From NCBI GenBank assembly GCA_963765575.1, contig CAVXWZ010000011.1:448001-512000 (forward strand): a stretch of 64,000 nt of DNA. The letters run 5' to 3'. The notes beneath the pieces were generated by a model. That model was not told where the DNA came from. It saw only the letters and a program-made list of their open reading frames with translations, and searched no databases. Origin of the DNA: an uncultured cyanobacterium. GTDB taxonomy: Bacteria > Cyanobacteriota > Cyanobacteriia > PCC-6307 > Cyanobiaceae. Both the position numbers and the translations under genes were made by a program. Positions 53,527 through 64,000 of the stretch are shown here, piece after piece; positions within the stretch are counted from its first letter, which is position 1; each line of letters begins with the position of its first letter.

Positions 53527-54572
53527 AGCCCGACCAGCGGCTGGTGCTTTTGCTGCACGGCGGCCTGGCTGATCTCAGCGGTAAGACCGGGCTGGCCCTG
53601 CTGCGCTACCGCCACGGACCGATCGTGGCGGTGGTGGATCCGGCCCATGCCGGTCAGCCGCTGGTGGAGGTCACGGGCATCGAGCGACCGGTGCCGGTGG
53701 TGGCGTCCCTGGCCGCAGCGCTGCCCTTCGATCCGGAGGTGGCGGTGGTGGGTCTGGCCCCTTCGGGCGGGCAGCTGGCGGCGGCGGTGCGGGCCGACCT
53801 GGCTGCTGCCCTGCGGGCGGGGCTGAGCGTGGCCTCTGGGCTGCACAGCCGCATCGGCGACGATCCCCAGCTGGCACCGCTGCGGCGCGATCCCGCCTGG
53901 ATCTGGGATCTGCGCTGCGAACCGCCCGCCCTGGCCGTGGCCAGCGGCCGGGCGGCGGCCCTGGCCTGCCGGCGGTTGCTGGCGGTGGGCAGCGACATGG
54001 CCGTGGGCAAGATGAGCGCCTGCCTGGAGCTGGAGGCGGCGGCCCGGCGCCAAGGGCTGCCGGCCCGCTTCGTGGGCACCGGCCAGGCCGGCATCCTGAT
54101 CAGCGGTGCCGGCGTGGCCCTCGATGCGGTGCGGGTCGACTACGCCGCCGGTGCGGTGGAGGCGGCGGTGCTGGAGGCCGGCGCCGCCCTGGGGTCCGAC
54201 GGCCTGCTGCTGGTGGAGGGCCAGGGCTCGCTGGCCCATCCCGGCTCCAGCGCCACCCTGCCGCTGCTGCGCGGCAGCCAGCCCACCGCATTGCTGCTGG
54301 TGCATCGGGCCGGCCAGCGCCACCTCAAGGGGTTGCCTGAGGTGCCGATCCCACCGCTCAACGACCTGATCGCAGCGGTGGAGGCCCTGGCTGCCCTGGG
54401 CCGGGCCGATGGACGACGTCCGCGGGTGCGGGCCGTGGCCCTGAACACGGCCCTGCTCGATGCCGCCAGTGCCGCCGCCCACCTGGCCGACACCGCCGAT
54501 CGCACCGGACTGCCCTGTGGGGATCCGGTGCGCCAGGGCGGCGCGGGTCTGCTGGAGGCTGTGCTGGCCTGA
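53520..54572 (+). CDS. DUF1611 P-loop protein
   Basis: GKTG, APSGG, GSDMAVGKM, TGQAG, EGQGSL.HP; usual partner of the epimerase. Confidence 0.9.
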   Translation: MLKPDQRLVLLLHGGLADLSGKTGLALLRYRHGPIVAVVDPAHAGQPLVEVTGIERPVPVVASLAAALPFDPEVAVVGLAPSGGQLAAAVRADLAAALRAGLSVASGLHSRIGDDPQLAPLRRDPAWIWDLRCEPPALAVASGRAAALACRRLLAVGSDMAVGKMSACLELEAAARRQGLPARFVGTGQAGILISGAGVALDAVRVDYAAGAVEAAVLEAGAALGSDGLLLVEGQGSLAHPGSSATLPLLRGSQPTALLLVHRAGQRHLKGLPEVPIPPLNDLIAAVEALAALGRADGRRPRVRAVALNTALLDAASAAAHLADTADRTGLPCGDPVRQGGAGLLEAVLA

Positions 54573-54590
54573 GCAACGGCCAGAAAAAGG

Positions 54591-54664
54591 GGCGAGCGAG
54601 GGGATTCGAACCCCCGAATAGCGGCGCCACAAGCCGCTGCCTTAACCACTTGGCGACGCCCGCC
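54591..54664 (-). tRNA. tRNA-His(GTG), including G-1
   Basis: GCGGGCG...CGCTCGC acceptor stem; anticodon arm GCGGC-TTGTGGC-GCCGC; C discriminator. Confidence 0.97.
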
Positions 54665-54708
54665 GTGGTGGGTGCCAATGTACCAATGCGTCCGGCTGCT
54701 GATCGCGC

Positions 54709-55119
54709 TTGCCCTCCGCGCCCCGAGGTTCCTGGCTTGGTGCTCTCCTGCTGACGGCTGGAGCCGCGGCCGGGCTGGCGATCAGCAACCCGGCACCGCC
54801 GGCGTTCGAGCGCTTCGCGGCGGCCCACCTGGTGCAGGAGATCGAGCGCCAGGTGTGTGCTGGCGATGTGCTGCCGCCCCTGGTGCGTTTGGCGCTGCCC
54901 AACTGCTCCGAGCTGGTGCAGGACCAGAACGAGGCCATCGGTGCCCTCGTGAGCAGCCAGACCCGGCGCTGGAACCTGGGCCTGCTGAGCATCTACCGCA
55001 GCGATGTGGGCGGCCAGGAGGTGCTGCTCTGGCAGGTGCCCCAGTTCCGGGCCACCGTCGTGGGGGTGGCGGGCCAGTTTCTGGTGCTGCAGGCCAGCAT
55101 CGACGACGTGCAGCCATGA
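54709..55119 (+). CDS. DUF4359-family protein
   Basis: N-terminal hydrophobic helix + SNP, two Cys, TRRWNLGLLSIY, VGVAGQF. Confidence 0.8.
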   Translation: MPSAPRGSWLGALLLTAGAAAGLAISNPAPPAFERFAAAHLVQEIERQVCAGDVLPPLVRLALPNCSELVQDQNEAIGALVSSQTRRWNLGLLSIYRSDVGGQEVLLWQVPQFRATVVGVAGQFLVLQASIDDVQP

Positions 55120-56406
55120 CGGCCGCTCCCGGCCGCCTGCGCCTGCGCCTGCCCCGGGCCCTGCTCGACCCTCGCCTGGGCGGCTGGCCGGTGAATCGGG
55201 ACGATGGCCTGGTGGCCGTTGAGCTGGAGCAGCGCCAGGGCCTGATCACGGCCCTGCGGCCCTTGGCTGCCTGCCCCTGGGGAGGCGCTGCCCCTGGGGC
55301 TCACGCCCCTGGTGGAGCCCCATGCCCACCTCGACAAGTGCTTCACCGCCGCCGCCTTCCCCAACCCCGGCGGCACCATCGCCGGCGCCATGGCCGCCAA
55401 CCGCCGCGAGAGCGAGCAGCGCAGCGGCGAGCAGGTGCTGGAGCGGGCCGAGCGGGCCCTGGAGCGGGCGTGGCGCCATGGCCTGCGCGCCATCCGCAGC
55501 CACATCGACAGCGGCGGGCCGGCCACCCGCCCCAGCTGGGAGGCGTTGCTGGAGCTGCGCCGGCGCTGGGCCCAGCGGGTGGAGCTGCAACTGGTGGCCC
55601 TGGTGCCCCTGGCCCACTGGAGCAGTCCGGAGGGCGAGGACCTGGCCCGCTGGGTGGCTGATCGCGGCGGCTGGCTGGGGGGGGTGCTGGGACCGCCCTA
55701 CGGCCGCCTGCGCTCCGATCGGGATGCCCTGGGGGGCCTGCTGGCGCTGGCGGAGCGCCTCGGCACCGGGGTCGACCTGCATGTCGATGAGGCCGATGAC
55801 CAGCCCGGCCGCGGCGTGGCGCTGGTGGCCGCTGTGGCCGCCGAACGGCGCAGCGGCGTGCCGATCACCTGCAGCCATGCCGCCAGCCTGGCCCTGCTGG
55901 GCACGCGGCGGCTGGAGCGGCTGGCCGAACGGCTGGCGGAAGCCGGGATCGCGGTGGTGGCTCTGCCGCTCACCAACCTGTGGCTGCTGGGCCGGCGGCC
56001 GCAGCGCACGCCGCGGCTGCGGGTGCAGGCGCCGATCCGCAGCCTGCAGCGGGCCGGGGTGCTGGTGGCCGTGGGGGGCGACAACGTGCAGGATCCCTGG
56101 TATCCGGGCGGCGACTTCGACCCGATCGAGCTGCTGCGGCTGGTGCCGCTCACCAGCCACCTCTGGCCCGCCCAGCGCCAGGGGCTGGCTCCGTTCACCA
56201 CGGCCCCAGCGCGCCTGCTCGGACTGGCCTGGGACGGGCTGGTGCGCGAGGGCGGGCCCGCCGACCTGGTGCTGCTGGCCGCCGACGGCTGGCCAGACCT
56301 GCTGGCCCGCAGTCCCCGACGCCTGGTGCTGCGCGCTGGCCGCTGCCTGCCGCCGCCTGCCCTGCAGCAACCCTCGGCCCTGCTGCCAGCCGTCAGCATG
56401 GCCTGA
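55116..56406 (+). CDS. Cytosine deaminase-like amidohydrolase; frameshift at ~55270-55300
   Basis: EPHAHLDK, RSHID, DLHVDE, SHA, GGDNVQDPWYP; N-terminus MTAAPGRLRLRLPRALL in another frame. Confidence 0.88.
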
Positions 56407-56420
56407 GCCGTCCCCGCCCC

Positions 56421-57818
56421 GTGCCGCCCCGTTCCCGCGCCCAGCCGCCCCGTCCCAGCGATGCCGAGATCGATACCCTGGCGGGCGAGCTGGGCGGGCT
56501 CGATCCGCAGCTGGAGCTGGTGACGGCCGCCGAGGCGGGCGAGCTGCAGCGCCTCTCGCGCGATTTCTACGACTACTCGCCGGTGCTGGTACCCCAGCTC
56601 GCTGGCCAACGGGCCCAGCTGGCGGTGCGGGCCACGACCGTGGAGCAGGTGCGTCTGGTGGCCGGGGCCTGTGCCCGCCAGGCCATTCCCCTCACCGTGC
56701 GTGGGGCCGGCACGGGCAACTACGGCCAGTGCGTCCCCCTGGCCGGTGGCGTGGTGCTGGAGCTCAGCGGCCTGCGGCGGCTGCGCCACCTGGATCCGGC
56801 CAGCGCCGTGGTCGAGGTGGAGGCCGGGGCCGTGATGGCCGCCATCGACCAGCAGCTCGCCCCCCACGGCCGGGCCCTGCGGCTGCTGCCGAGCACCTGG
56901 CGCAGCGCCACCATCGGCGGCTTCATCGCCGGTGGTGCCGGTGGCATCGGCTCCCTGCGCTGGGGATTCCTGCGTGATCCCGGCAACCTGCTGGGGCTGG
57001 AGGTGGTGACGGTGGAGCCCGAGCCGCGGCTGCTGCGGCTGGATGCGGCCGCCAGCGCCCCGCTCAACCACGCCTATGGCACCAATGGCATCCTCACGGC
57101 CCTGCGGTTGCCCACCACCGCAGCGCTGGACTGGCAGCAGCTGGTGGTGGGTTTTGCCAGCTGGGATCGGGCCCTGGAGGTGGCCCTCGCCCTGCCGGCC
57201 ACGGCGTTCCTGCTCAACAGCCTCAGCCTGCTGGAGGCTCCGGTCGCAGCGCGCTCCCCCTGGCCAGCCGGCTGTCCGGCGGCGGCGGATGGCGAGCACC
57301 GCCTGCTGTTGCTGGCGGCCCCCGATACCCTCGAGCCCCTGCCCGCCTGGCTGGCCCAGCGGGGCGGCACGCTGCTGTGGCAGGCCCCCCAGGGCACCAG
57401 CCGCGGCCTGCCCCTGCGCGAGCTGTGCTGGAACCACACCACCCTGCACTGGCGCGCCCAGGTGCCCGGTTGGACCTACCTGCAACTGCTGCTGCCGGAA
57501 CCGGCGGCGCCCTGCCTGGCGGCCCTGCGCCAGCGCTGGGGGGCCGACCTGCTCTGGCACCTGGAGGCGGTGCGCCAGCACGGGGCGCCGCGGCTGGCGG
57601 CCCTGCCGCTGCTGCGCTGGCAGGGGGAGGAGCGGTTGCGGGAGCTGATGGACCAGGCCCGGGCCCTGGGGGCGGTGCTGTTCAACCCCCATGTGCTCAC
57701 GGTGGAGGATGGCGGGCTGGGGGTGGTGGACGCCGATCAGGTGGCCGCGAAGGCCGCCCACGATCCTGCCGGCCTGCTCAACCCGGGCAAGTTGCGCGGC
57801 TGGGGGCCAGGCTCCTAG
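56421..57818 (+). CDS. FAD-binding oxidoreductase (GlcD-like)
   Basis: SRDFYDYSPVL, RGAGTGNYGQ, TIGGFIAGG, HAYGTNGI, DPAGLLNPGK. Confidence 0.9.
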   Translation: MPPRSRAQPPRPSDAEIDTLAGELGGLDPQLELVTAAEAGELQRLSRDFYDYSPVLVPQLAGQRAQLAVRATTVEQVRLVAGACARQAIPLTVRGAGTGNYGQCVPLAGGVVLELSGLRRLRHLDPASAVVEVEAGAVMAAIDQQLAPHGRALRLLPSTWRSATIGGFIAGGAGGIGSLRWGFLRDPGNLLGLEVVTVEPEPRLLRLDAAASAPLNHAYGTNGILTALRLPTTAALDWQQLVVGFASWDRALEVALALPATAFLLNSLSLLEAPVAARSPWPAGCPAAADGEHRLLLLAAPDTLEPLPAWLAQRGGTLLWQAPQGTSRGLPLRELCWNHTTLHWRAQVPGWTYLQLLLPEPAAPCLAALRQRWGADLLWHLEAVRQHGAPRLAALPLLRWQGEERLRELMDQARALGAVLFNPHVLTVEDGGLGVVDADQVAAKAAHDPAGLLNPGKLRGWGPGS

Positions 57819-58378
57819 CAGTCCAGGCTCAGCCGGGTGTCGGCGCCGGTGCGGGGGTTGGTGCCCTCGGCCTCGCGGCAGAGCTGCCGCTGGTCGGCGC
57901 GGTCGATCAGGGCCTCGCTGAAGTCGGCGTTGGTCACCGTGGCGCCGGTGAAGTTGCTGCCTGCGGCGATCACACCGCTGAGCACGGCATCGGTGAAGTC
58001 GGCGCCGGCGAAGTCCACCTTGTCCATGAGCACTCCGCTGAGGTCGGTGCCGCGGAAGCTGGCCTGGGGGAAGGCGGCCTGGGTGAGGATCGCCCCGTGC
58101 AGGTTGGCGCCGTCGAAGTTGGCGTGGCGGCCGGCGGCGCCGGCGAAGGAGGTGTTGGCCAGATCCTGGCCGTGGAAATCGGCCTCGTTCTGGTTGGTGA
58201 GGGTGTAGTCCACGCCGGAGAACTCGGCCCGCGCCACCGCCGGCAGCAGCGCCAGCGTCAGTGCCAGGGCCGCCGGCAGCAGCAGGGCCAGGCCCAGGGC
58301 CGCGGCGATCCGCCGGATGCCCGTGGCCAGGGGGCCGCGGGCGGGGCGGCTGGCTTGGAGCGGGGGGGGAGTCGCCAC
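57815..58378 (-). CDS. Pentapeptide repeat protein (exported/lumenal)
   Basis: Signal peptide; A(D/N)(L/F)xx repeats; C-terminal LC..A.GTNPRTG..TR.SL.C. Confidence 0.9.
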   Translation of the reverse strand: MATPPPLQASRPARGPLATGIRRIAAALGLALLLPAALALTLALLPAVARAEFSGVDYTLTNQNEADFHGQDLANTSFAGAAGRHANFDGANLHGAILTQAAFPQASFRGTDLSGVLMDKVDFAGADFTDAVLSGVIAAGSNFTGATVTNADFSEALIDRADQRQLCREAEGTNPRTGADTRLSLDC

Positions 58379-58437
58379 AGCAAAGACCGTCAATGTGCTG
58401 ACCTTCACTCTGGCCGCCGCCGCCTCAACCCGCCGCC

Positions 58438-59727
58438 TCAACCCGCCGCAGCGAGCAGCTGGCCGATGAGATAGAGCGAGCCGGCCACGATCACCGGGCC
58501 CCGGGCCCCGGACCCGCATTGGCCATGCTCGGCGGCCTGGCGGATGGCGGCGGCCGGATCCGCAGCCGCGACCAGTTGCTCGACCAGGTGCGGGTGCCGC
58601 TCGGCGGCCAGGGCCTCCTGGAGCTGGCGCACGGTCCAGCTGGCGTGACCCGCCACCGGCACGATCCAGGCCCGATCTCCCGGTGCCAGCAGGGCCGCCA
58701 CGATCTGGGGGGCCTGCTTGGTCGCGAGCAGGCCCAGCACCCACCGCCGCGGCCCCGCCGGCAGGCCGTAGCGGGCCGGATCGGCATCCAGTTCGGCCCG
58801 CAGGGCCACGGCTGCGGGTGGGTTGTGGGCCCCGTCGAGCAGCAGTGCCACCCCTTGCCAGCGGTGCTGCTGCAACCTGCCCGGCCAGCGGGCGGCGGCG
58901 AACCCGCGCCGGATGGCCCCATCGCTGATCGACCAGCCGCGCTCGCCCAGGGCCCGCAGCATGCCCAGGGCCACGGCGGCGTTGCCGGCCTGCACCGCTC
59001 CGGGGAGTCCCAGGGGCCAATGGCCCAGGTCCAGCGGCGGCTGCCAGCGCAGCTCGGCCCCCACGGCCAGCGCCCGCCGGCGCAGCACCGCCGCGGCCGC
59101 CGGCAGCTGGGTGGCGCTCACGGCCACGGCGCCCGGCTGCAGCACCCCCGCCTTCTCGGCCGCGATGCTGGCCACGTCCGGCCCCAGAAACTCCTGATGG
59201 TCAAGACCGATGCTGGCGAACCCCAGCACCTCCCGGCCCGGGTGGCAGCTGGTGGCATCGAGGCGGCCCCCCAGCCCCACCTCCAGCACCACCAGCTCCT
59301 GGCCGCTGGCGGCGAAGGCCAGGAACGCCGCCGCCGTGACCAGCTCGAAGGGGGTGAGCCGGTGGCGCTGGCCCACCGTGCTGGCCCGCTGCAGGTGGCG
59401 CCGCAGGTCGGCGGCGGCGATCGGGTCAGGCCCCAGGCGGATGCGCTCGGTCCAGCTCACCAGGTGGGGGGAGGTGTAGAGCCCGGCACGGATGCCGGCC
59501 GCCAGCAGGGCCTGGTGCACGAGGGTGCAGATCGAACCTTTGCCGTTGGTGCCCGCCACCTGCACCGCCGCGAAGCGGCGCTCGGGATGGCCCAGATCGG
59601 CCAGGGCGGCGTGCAACCGATCCAGGCCCAGATCCACCCCCCGGCGGCTGAAGGGCTCGATCAGGTCGGCAAAGGAATCGCTGGGGCCGTTAAGGCCCAG
59701 GGCAACCGGCTCGGGGCGCTCAGGCAA
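58438..59727 (-). CDS. folC: Folylpolyglutamate synthase / dihydrofolate synthase
   Basis: VAGTNGKGS, TSPHL, EVGLGGRLDAT, WPGR, LDGAHN, GSLYL. Confidence 0.96.
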   Translation of the reverse strand: MPERPEPVALGLNGPSDSFADLIEPFSRRGVDLGLDRLHAALADLGHPERRFAAVQVAGTNGKGSICTLVHQALLAAGIRAGLYTSPHLVSWTERIRLGPDPIAAADLRRHLQRASTVGQRHRLTPFELVTAAAFLAFAASGQELVVLEVGLGGRLDATSCHPGREVLGFASIGLDHQEFLGPDVASIAAEKAGVLQPGAVAVSATQLPAAAAVLRRRALAVGAELRWQPPLDLGHWPLGLPGAVQAGNAAVALGMLRALGERGWSISDGAIRRGFAAARWPGRLQQHRWQGVALLLDGAHNPPAAVALRAELDADPARYGLPAGPRRWVLGLLATKQAPQIVAALLAPGDRAWIVPVAGHASWTVRQLQEALAAERHPHLVEQLVAAADPAAAIRQAAEHGQCGSGARGPVIVAGSLYLIGQLLAAAG

Positions 59728-60970
59728 GGCTCAGCAGGGCGCGCTCCAGTCGCTTCACGGCCAGGCGCAGCTGGCGGCCCTTGATCGTGAGCGGTGGGGC
59801 GAAGCGCACCACGGTGGCCCCGGCGGGCACCAGCAGCAGCCCCTCGGCCAGGGCGGCCTTCACCACCTCCGGCGCACTCGGGGCCCCCGGCTGCAGCACC
59901 AATCCCTGCAGCAGCCCCCACCCGCGCTGGCCGGCCAGCAGAGCGGGGTGACGGGCCACCAGGTCCTCCAGCAGCTGCTGCAGCTGCTCGCCCTTGCGCC
60001 GCACGTGGCCGAGCAGGCCGCGCCGCTCAATTTCCGTGAGCACCGTGAGCCCGGCCCGGCAGGCGAAGGGGTTGCCCCCGAAGGTGCTGGCGTGGTCGCC
60101 GGGTCGGAAGTGATCCACCGCCTGCTTCACCGCCAGGGCCCCGATGGGAATGCCGCCCCCCAGCCCCTTGGCCAGGGTGAAGGCGTCGGGCTCCACCCCC
60201 AGTCGTTCGTAGCCCCAGAGGCGGCCGCTGCGGCCCACACCGATCTGCACCTCATCGAAGATCAGCAGGATGTGGTGCTGGTCACAGAGCTGGCGCAAGC
60301 GCTGGAAGAAGGCCGGATCGCCGGGGTTCACGCCCCCCTCCCCCTGCAGGGGCTCCACCAGCACCGCCGCCACCGCCGGACCACCGGCTTCACAGTCGGC
60401 CAGCAGGGCCTCGAACGCGGCGATGTCGTTGTAGGGGAAGTAGCGGAACCCCTGCACCAGCGGCTCGAAGCCCTGGTGGTAGCGGGGCTGGCCGGTGGCC
60501 GTGACGGCCGCCAGGGTGCGGCCGTGGAAGCTGGCCTGGGCGGTGAGAATCAGGGGCAGGCGCCCCTCGCGGCCGTCGATGCCGCGCACCTGGCGCCCAT
60601 GCTTGCGGGCCAGCTTGATGGCGGCCTCGTTGGCCTCGGCACCCGAGTTGCAGAAGAACACCCGGTCGAAGCAGCTGTGGCTGGTGATCGCCGCGGCCAG
60701 CTGCTCCTGCTCGGGAATGCGGTAGAGGTTGGAGACGTGTTGCAACTGCCCCAGCTGCCGGCAGAGCACCTTGCGCAGGCGCCGGTCACTGTGGCCAAGG
60801 GTGCACACAGCGATGCCGGCGACGCAGTCGAGGTAACGGCGGCCATCACTGGCCCACAACCACACCCCCCGGCCCCGCACCAGCTCCAGCGGGAAGCGGG
60901 CATAGGTGTCCATCACCGAACTCACAGGCGCGCTCCGCTGTGGGGCATCGCCAGCGGGGGCCACAGCCAT
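59720..60970 (-). CDS. argD: Acetylornithine aminotransferase
   Basis: VMDTYARF, FCNSGAEANEAAIK, FHGRT, EPLQGEGG, DEVQ, AKGLGGG. Confidence 0.95.
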   Translation of the reverse strand: MAVAPAGDAPQRSAPVSSVMDTYARFPLELVRGRGVWLWASDGRRYLDCVAGIAVCTLGHSDRRLRKVLCRQLGQLQHVSNLYRIPEQEQLAAAITSHSCFDRVFFCNSGAEANEAAIKLARKHGRQVRGIDGREGRLPLILTAQASFHGRTLAAVTATGQPRYHQGFEPLVQGFRYFPYNDIAAFEALLADCEAGGPAVAAVLVEPLQGEGGVNPGDPAFFQRLRQLCDQHHILLIFDEVQIGVGRSGRLWGYERLGVEPDAFTLAKGLGGGIPIGALAVKQAVDHFRPGDHASTFGGNPFACRAGLTVLTEIERRGLLGHVRRKGEQLQQLLEDLVARHPALLAGQRGWGLLQGLVLQPGAPSAPEVVKAALAEGLLLVPAGATVVRFAPPLTIKGRQLRLAVKRLERALLSLA

Positions 60971-60993
60971 GGCGGCAGCAGGGGAGTAAGGAA

Positions 60994-61075
60994 TAGGAGC
61001 GGTGGGACTTGAACCCACATGCCCGAAGGCGCTCGATTTTGAGTCGAGTCCGTCTACCAATTCCGGCACGCTCCC
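60994..61075 (-). tRNA. tRNA-Leu(CAA)
   Basis: GGGAGCG...CGCTCCT acceptor stem; anticodon arm CTCGA-CTCAAAA-TCGAG; variable arm. Confidence 0.96.
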
Positions 61076-61087
61076 AGAATTGGAAGC

Positions 61088-62491
61088 TTAGGCGGCAAGG
61101 GGTGAGGGGCTGGATTCGCTACCCGTGGGTGCGCAGCGCGTGATCGAAGCTCCCACCGCATTCAGCTTGCCTTCCAGGTCGGCATAGCCACGGTCGAGGT
61201 ATTCGAGGCCGTAGACATCACTGATGCCCTCGGCCCCCAGGCCCGCCAGCACCATCGCCGCTGAAGCGCGCAGGTCGGTGCCCTGCACCGGAGCGCCACT
61301 GAGGCGGGCGACGCCTTCGATGAAGGCGGTGTTGCCCTGGGCGCGGATGGAGGCCCCCATGCGCTGCAGTTCAGCCACGTGTTGCAGCCGGTTCTCGAAG
61401 ATGGATTCCGTCACCATGCTGGTGCCCTCGGCGGTGGCCAGCAGGCTCATGAACGGGGCCTGCAGGTCGGTGGGAAAGCCGGGAAAGGGCTGGGTGCGCA
61501 GATCCACGCCCTGGATCTGCTGGGCCGAGAGGGTCAGACCCTCGCCGTCATGGTCAATGCGGCAGCCAACCTGCTCAAGTTTGCTGAGCACGGCGCAGAG
61601 ATGGCCGGGAATCACCGGCGCCACCCGCAGGCTGGAGCGGGTGATGGCGGCTGCCAGCAGGAAGGTGCCGGCTTCGATGCGGTCAGGAATCACGCCGTAG
61701 TCGGCGCCATGCAGGCGGTCGACGCCAGCGATGCGGATGGTGGAGGTGCCCGCGCCGCGGATCCTGGCACCCATGGCCATGAGCAGATCGGCCAGATCCA
61801 CCACCTCGGGCTCCAGGGCGGCGTTTTCGATCACCGTCTCGCCGTCGGCGAGGGCGGCAGCCATCATCAGGGTCTCGGTCGCCCCGACACTGGGGCAGTC
61901 GAGCAGGATGTAGGCCCCGCGCAGGCGGCGGCAGGGACCCGGCACAGCCGCCGTGACCACGCCGTGCGCAATGGTGACCTGGGCTCCAAGGGCTTTGAGA
62001 CCCTTGACGTGCTCCTCCACCGGCCGGCTGCCGATCTTGCAGCCGCCGGGCAGGGGCACCCGGGCCATCCCCATCCTGGCGAGCAGGGGGCCGATGCAGA
62101 AGAAGCTGGCCCTGAGGCTGTTCACCAGCTCATAGGGAGCTTCCGAGGCATTGATGCCGGAGCCGTCCAGTTCGAGAGCATCGCCATGGCGCTCCACCCG
62201 GCCGCCGAGGCTCTCGAGCATGTCGGCCATGCCGTCGATGTCGGTGAGGGCCGGCACGTTGCGCAGCCGGATCGATTCCGGGGTCAGCAGGCAGGCCGCC
62301 ATCAGCACCAGTGCTGAGTTCTTGGCGCCGCTCACCCGCAGCTCGCCGCTGAGTGGACGGCCGCCGATGATGCGCAGAAAGGAACGATCGCTATCCAGGT
62401 GATTCTCGCTGTTGGAGGACTCGGCGGGCGCAGGCGAAGCCTTCTGGGGCGCCGTGGCCGTCGAGCGTAGGCCGGAGTTGCCGGAGTGCAT
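61088..62491 (-). CDS. murA: UDP-N-acetylglucosamine 1-carboxyvinyltransferase (start uncertain)
   Basis: [43 protein letters not shown]. Confidence 0.97.
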   Translation of the reverse strand: MHSGNSGLRSTATAPQKASPAPAESSNSENHLDSDRSFLRIIGGRPLSGELRVSGAKNSALVLMAACLLTPESIRLRNVPALTDIDGMADMLESLGGRVERHGDALELDGSGINASEAPYELVNSLRASFFCIGPLLARMGMARVPLPGGCKIGSRPVEEHVKGLKALGAQVTIAHGVVTAAVPGPCRRLRGAYILLDCPSVGATETLMMAAALADGETVIENAALEPEVVDLADLLMAMGARIRGAGTSTIRIAGVDRLHGADYGVIPDRIEAGTFLLAAAITRSSLRVAPVIPGHLCAVLSKLEQVGCRIDHDGEGLTLSAQQIQGVDLRTQPFPGFPTDLQAPFMSLLATAEGTSMVTESIFENRLQHVAELQRMGASIRAQGNTAFIEGVARLSGAPVQGTDLRASAAMVLAGLGAEGISDVYGLEYLDRGYADLEGKLNAVGASITRCAPTGSESSPSPLAA

Positions 62492-62735
62492 GGCAGCCGC
62501 GTCGTCGCCGCTGGCGGCAGGGCTGGTGCGGGGGACAGCGTTGAGGATCACGGGTTGGGCTGCCCCTGGAAATGCTGCCGCATGATGCCAACAAACCCGT
62601 ATTCCGTCCAGTACGCCGCCATGCGAACTGGCCTTCCCGCGGCCTGGGGCCCCGCCCTTGCGTGCTGGAGATGGGCCAGGTGAGCGGCCCAGGTGATGTC
62701 GTAGCCTTCAGCCGTCGCCAGAGTGCGGCAGCCAC

Positions 62736-62819
62736 GCGGATGTGGCGGAATTGGTAGACGCGCTAGTTTCAGGTACTAGTGGCAGCAATGTCGTGGGAGT
62801 TCAAGTCTCCCCATCCGCA
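62736..62819 (+). tRNA. tRNA-Leu(CAG)
   Basis: GCGGATG...CATCCGC acceptor stem; anticodon arm CTAGT-TTCAGGT-ACTAG; variable arm. Confidence 0.96.
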
Positions 62820-62956
62820 TGATTCCGGTTCCCCACCATGACCAGATCCTGGTGGTGGCCCGGGTTGTTGAATCCTTGCCCAGGCCATTGCCTTGACCGG
62901 GATTCTGGTGGAACCATGATTTTCTGGCCACGCCAAGCGCGGCGCTTGCTGTTCCG

Positions 62957-63775
62957 ATGACCTCTCCGTCGGAGCTGATCACCAGCCGCCGCAATCCCCT
63001 GGTTCGGCGGCTGCGTCAGTTGCAGGAGTCCCGGGGGCGGCGGGAGCAGGACTTGCTGCTGCTGGAAGGCACCCACCTGCTGCAGGAGGTGCTGCGCCTG
63101 GGCCTGGCACCCACCGATCTGCTGGTCACCCAGGCCTGGGCTGTGGCCCATGGCCCCCTGCTGGAGCGGCTTCCCCCCGGCTGCCGGCCCCAGCCGGTGA
63201 GCGCCGAGGTGCTGGCGGCCGTGGCCAGCACCCGCCATCCCGATGGCGTGGTGGCCACCCTGCCGCTGCCAGCCAATTCCCCAGCGGCGGCCCCCCCTGG
63301 CGGCGTCGCCGGGTTGGTCTTGGCGCTCGACACGATTCAGGATCCGGGCAATCTCGGCACGCTGATGCGCACAGCCCTGGCCGCCGGGGTCGATGGCCTG
63401 TGGTTGGCCGATGGGGCCGACCCGCACCAGCCCAAGGTGCTGCGCGCTTCGGCTGGTGCCGCCCTGGCCCTGCCCCTATGGCGCACCACCAGGTCGGCGC
63501 TGCTGGCTCACCTCAACGCTCTGGCGGCCGAGGGCCTGCAGCTGGTGGCCACCCAGCCGCCCCCCAGCGCCGCCCAGCCCTACTGGCGCCTGGATTGGAG
63601 CCGACCCACCGTGCTGCTGCTGGGCAGCGAGGGCGCGGGCCTGGCGCCGGAGCTGCTGGCGCTGGCCAGCGAGCGGGTGACCATTCCCCACCACCCCGCT
63701 GTGGAGTCGCTGAATGTGGCGGTGGCGGCGGCGCCGCTGCTGCTGGAGCGCTGGCGTCAGCAGGCCGGCCGTTGA
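62957..63775 (+). CDS. TrmH/SpoU-family RNA methyltransferase
   Basis: [36 protein letters not shown]. Confidence 0.93.
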   Translation: MTSPSELITSRRNPLVRRLRQLQESRGRREQDLLLLEGTHLLQEVLRLGLAPTDLLVTQAWAVAHGPLLERLPPGCRPQPVSAEVLAAVASTRHPDGVVATLPLPANSPAAAPPGGVAGLVLALDTIQDPGNLGTLMRTALAAGVDGLWLADGADPHQPKVLRASAGAALALPLWRTTRSALLAHLNALAAEGLQLVATQPPPSAAQPYWRLDWSRPTVLLLGSEGAGLAPELLALASERVTIPHHPAVESLNVAVAAAPLLLERWRQQAGR

Positions 63776-63824
63776 GCCTGAGCAGGACACGGGGGAGAAT
63801 GGTCGCCAGCAGACCCTGGTCCCT

Positions 63825-64000
63825 GTGAGCGACGCCCCTGGCAACGACAGCTTCGATTTCGATGTGATCGTGGTCGGCGCCGGCTACGGCGGCTTCGACG
63901 CCGCCAAGCATGCGGCTGACCACGGCCTGCGGGTCGCCATCGTTGAATCGCGGGACATGGGCGGCACCTGCGTGAACCGGGGCTGTGTGCCTTCCAAGGC
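63825..64000 (+). CDS. lpdA: Dihydrolipoyl dehydrogenase, 5' part; runs off the window
   Basis: [12 protein letters not shown]...[13 protein letters not shown] redox-active motif. Confidence 0.93.
   Translation, partial: MSDAPGNDSFDFDVIVVGAGYGGFDAAKHAADHGLRVAIVESRDMGGTCVNRGCVPSK

Overview
This is GC-rich (~70%) picocyanobacterial chromosome, most like Cyanobium or freshwater Synechococcus, judged from chlG, petP, clpP3/clpR and the ftsQ-ftsZ-ffs-panB-hemW and argD-folC-murA gene order. About 18-64 kb is mostly conserved core genome. It contains four tRNAs (Ser-CGA, His-GTG, Leu-CAA, Leu-CAG) and the SRP RNA, plus two small inserts: a GDSL-hydrolase islet after tRNA-Ser and a glutaminase-STAS-cNMP gene. 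The interesting part is the ~17.5 kb accessory island just downstream of lepA (~330-17950). It holds a type IV minor-pilin operon, a major-type pilin with its own terminator, and a block of putative modifying enzymes. These are a FkbM-TPR-GT41 (O-GlcNAc-transferase/SPINDLY-like) fusion, a second TPR-GT41, a stand-alone FkbM, another SAM methyltransferase and a 2OG-Fe(II) oxygenase-like gene with an in-frame TGA. A convergent kinase/regulator pair and three toxin-antitoxin modules at the edges complete the island; one module is intact and two are decaying. My best hypothesis is a pilin glycosylation and glycan-methylation (surface variation) cassette. Many single-base frameshifts occur, including in core genes (miaB, cytosine deaminase), so most are probably long-read/assembly errors. 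No CRISPR array, integrase or transposase was found. All calls rest on motif recognition by eye; no database searches were run.
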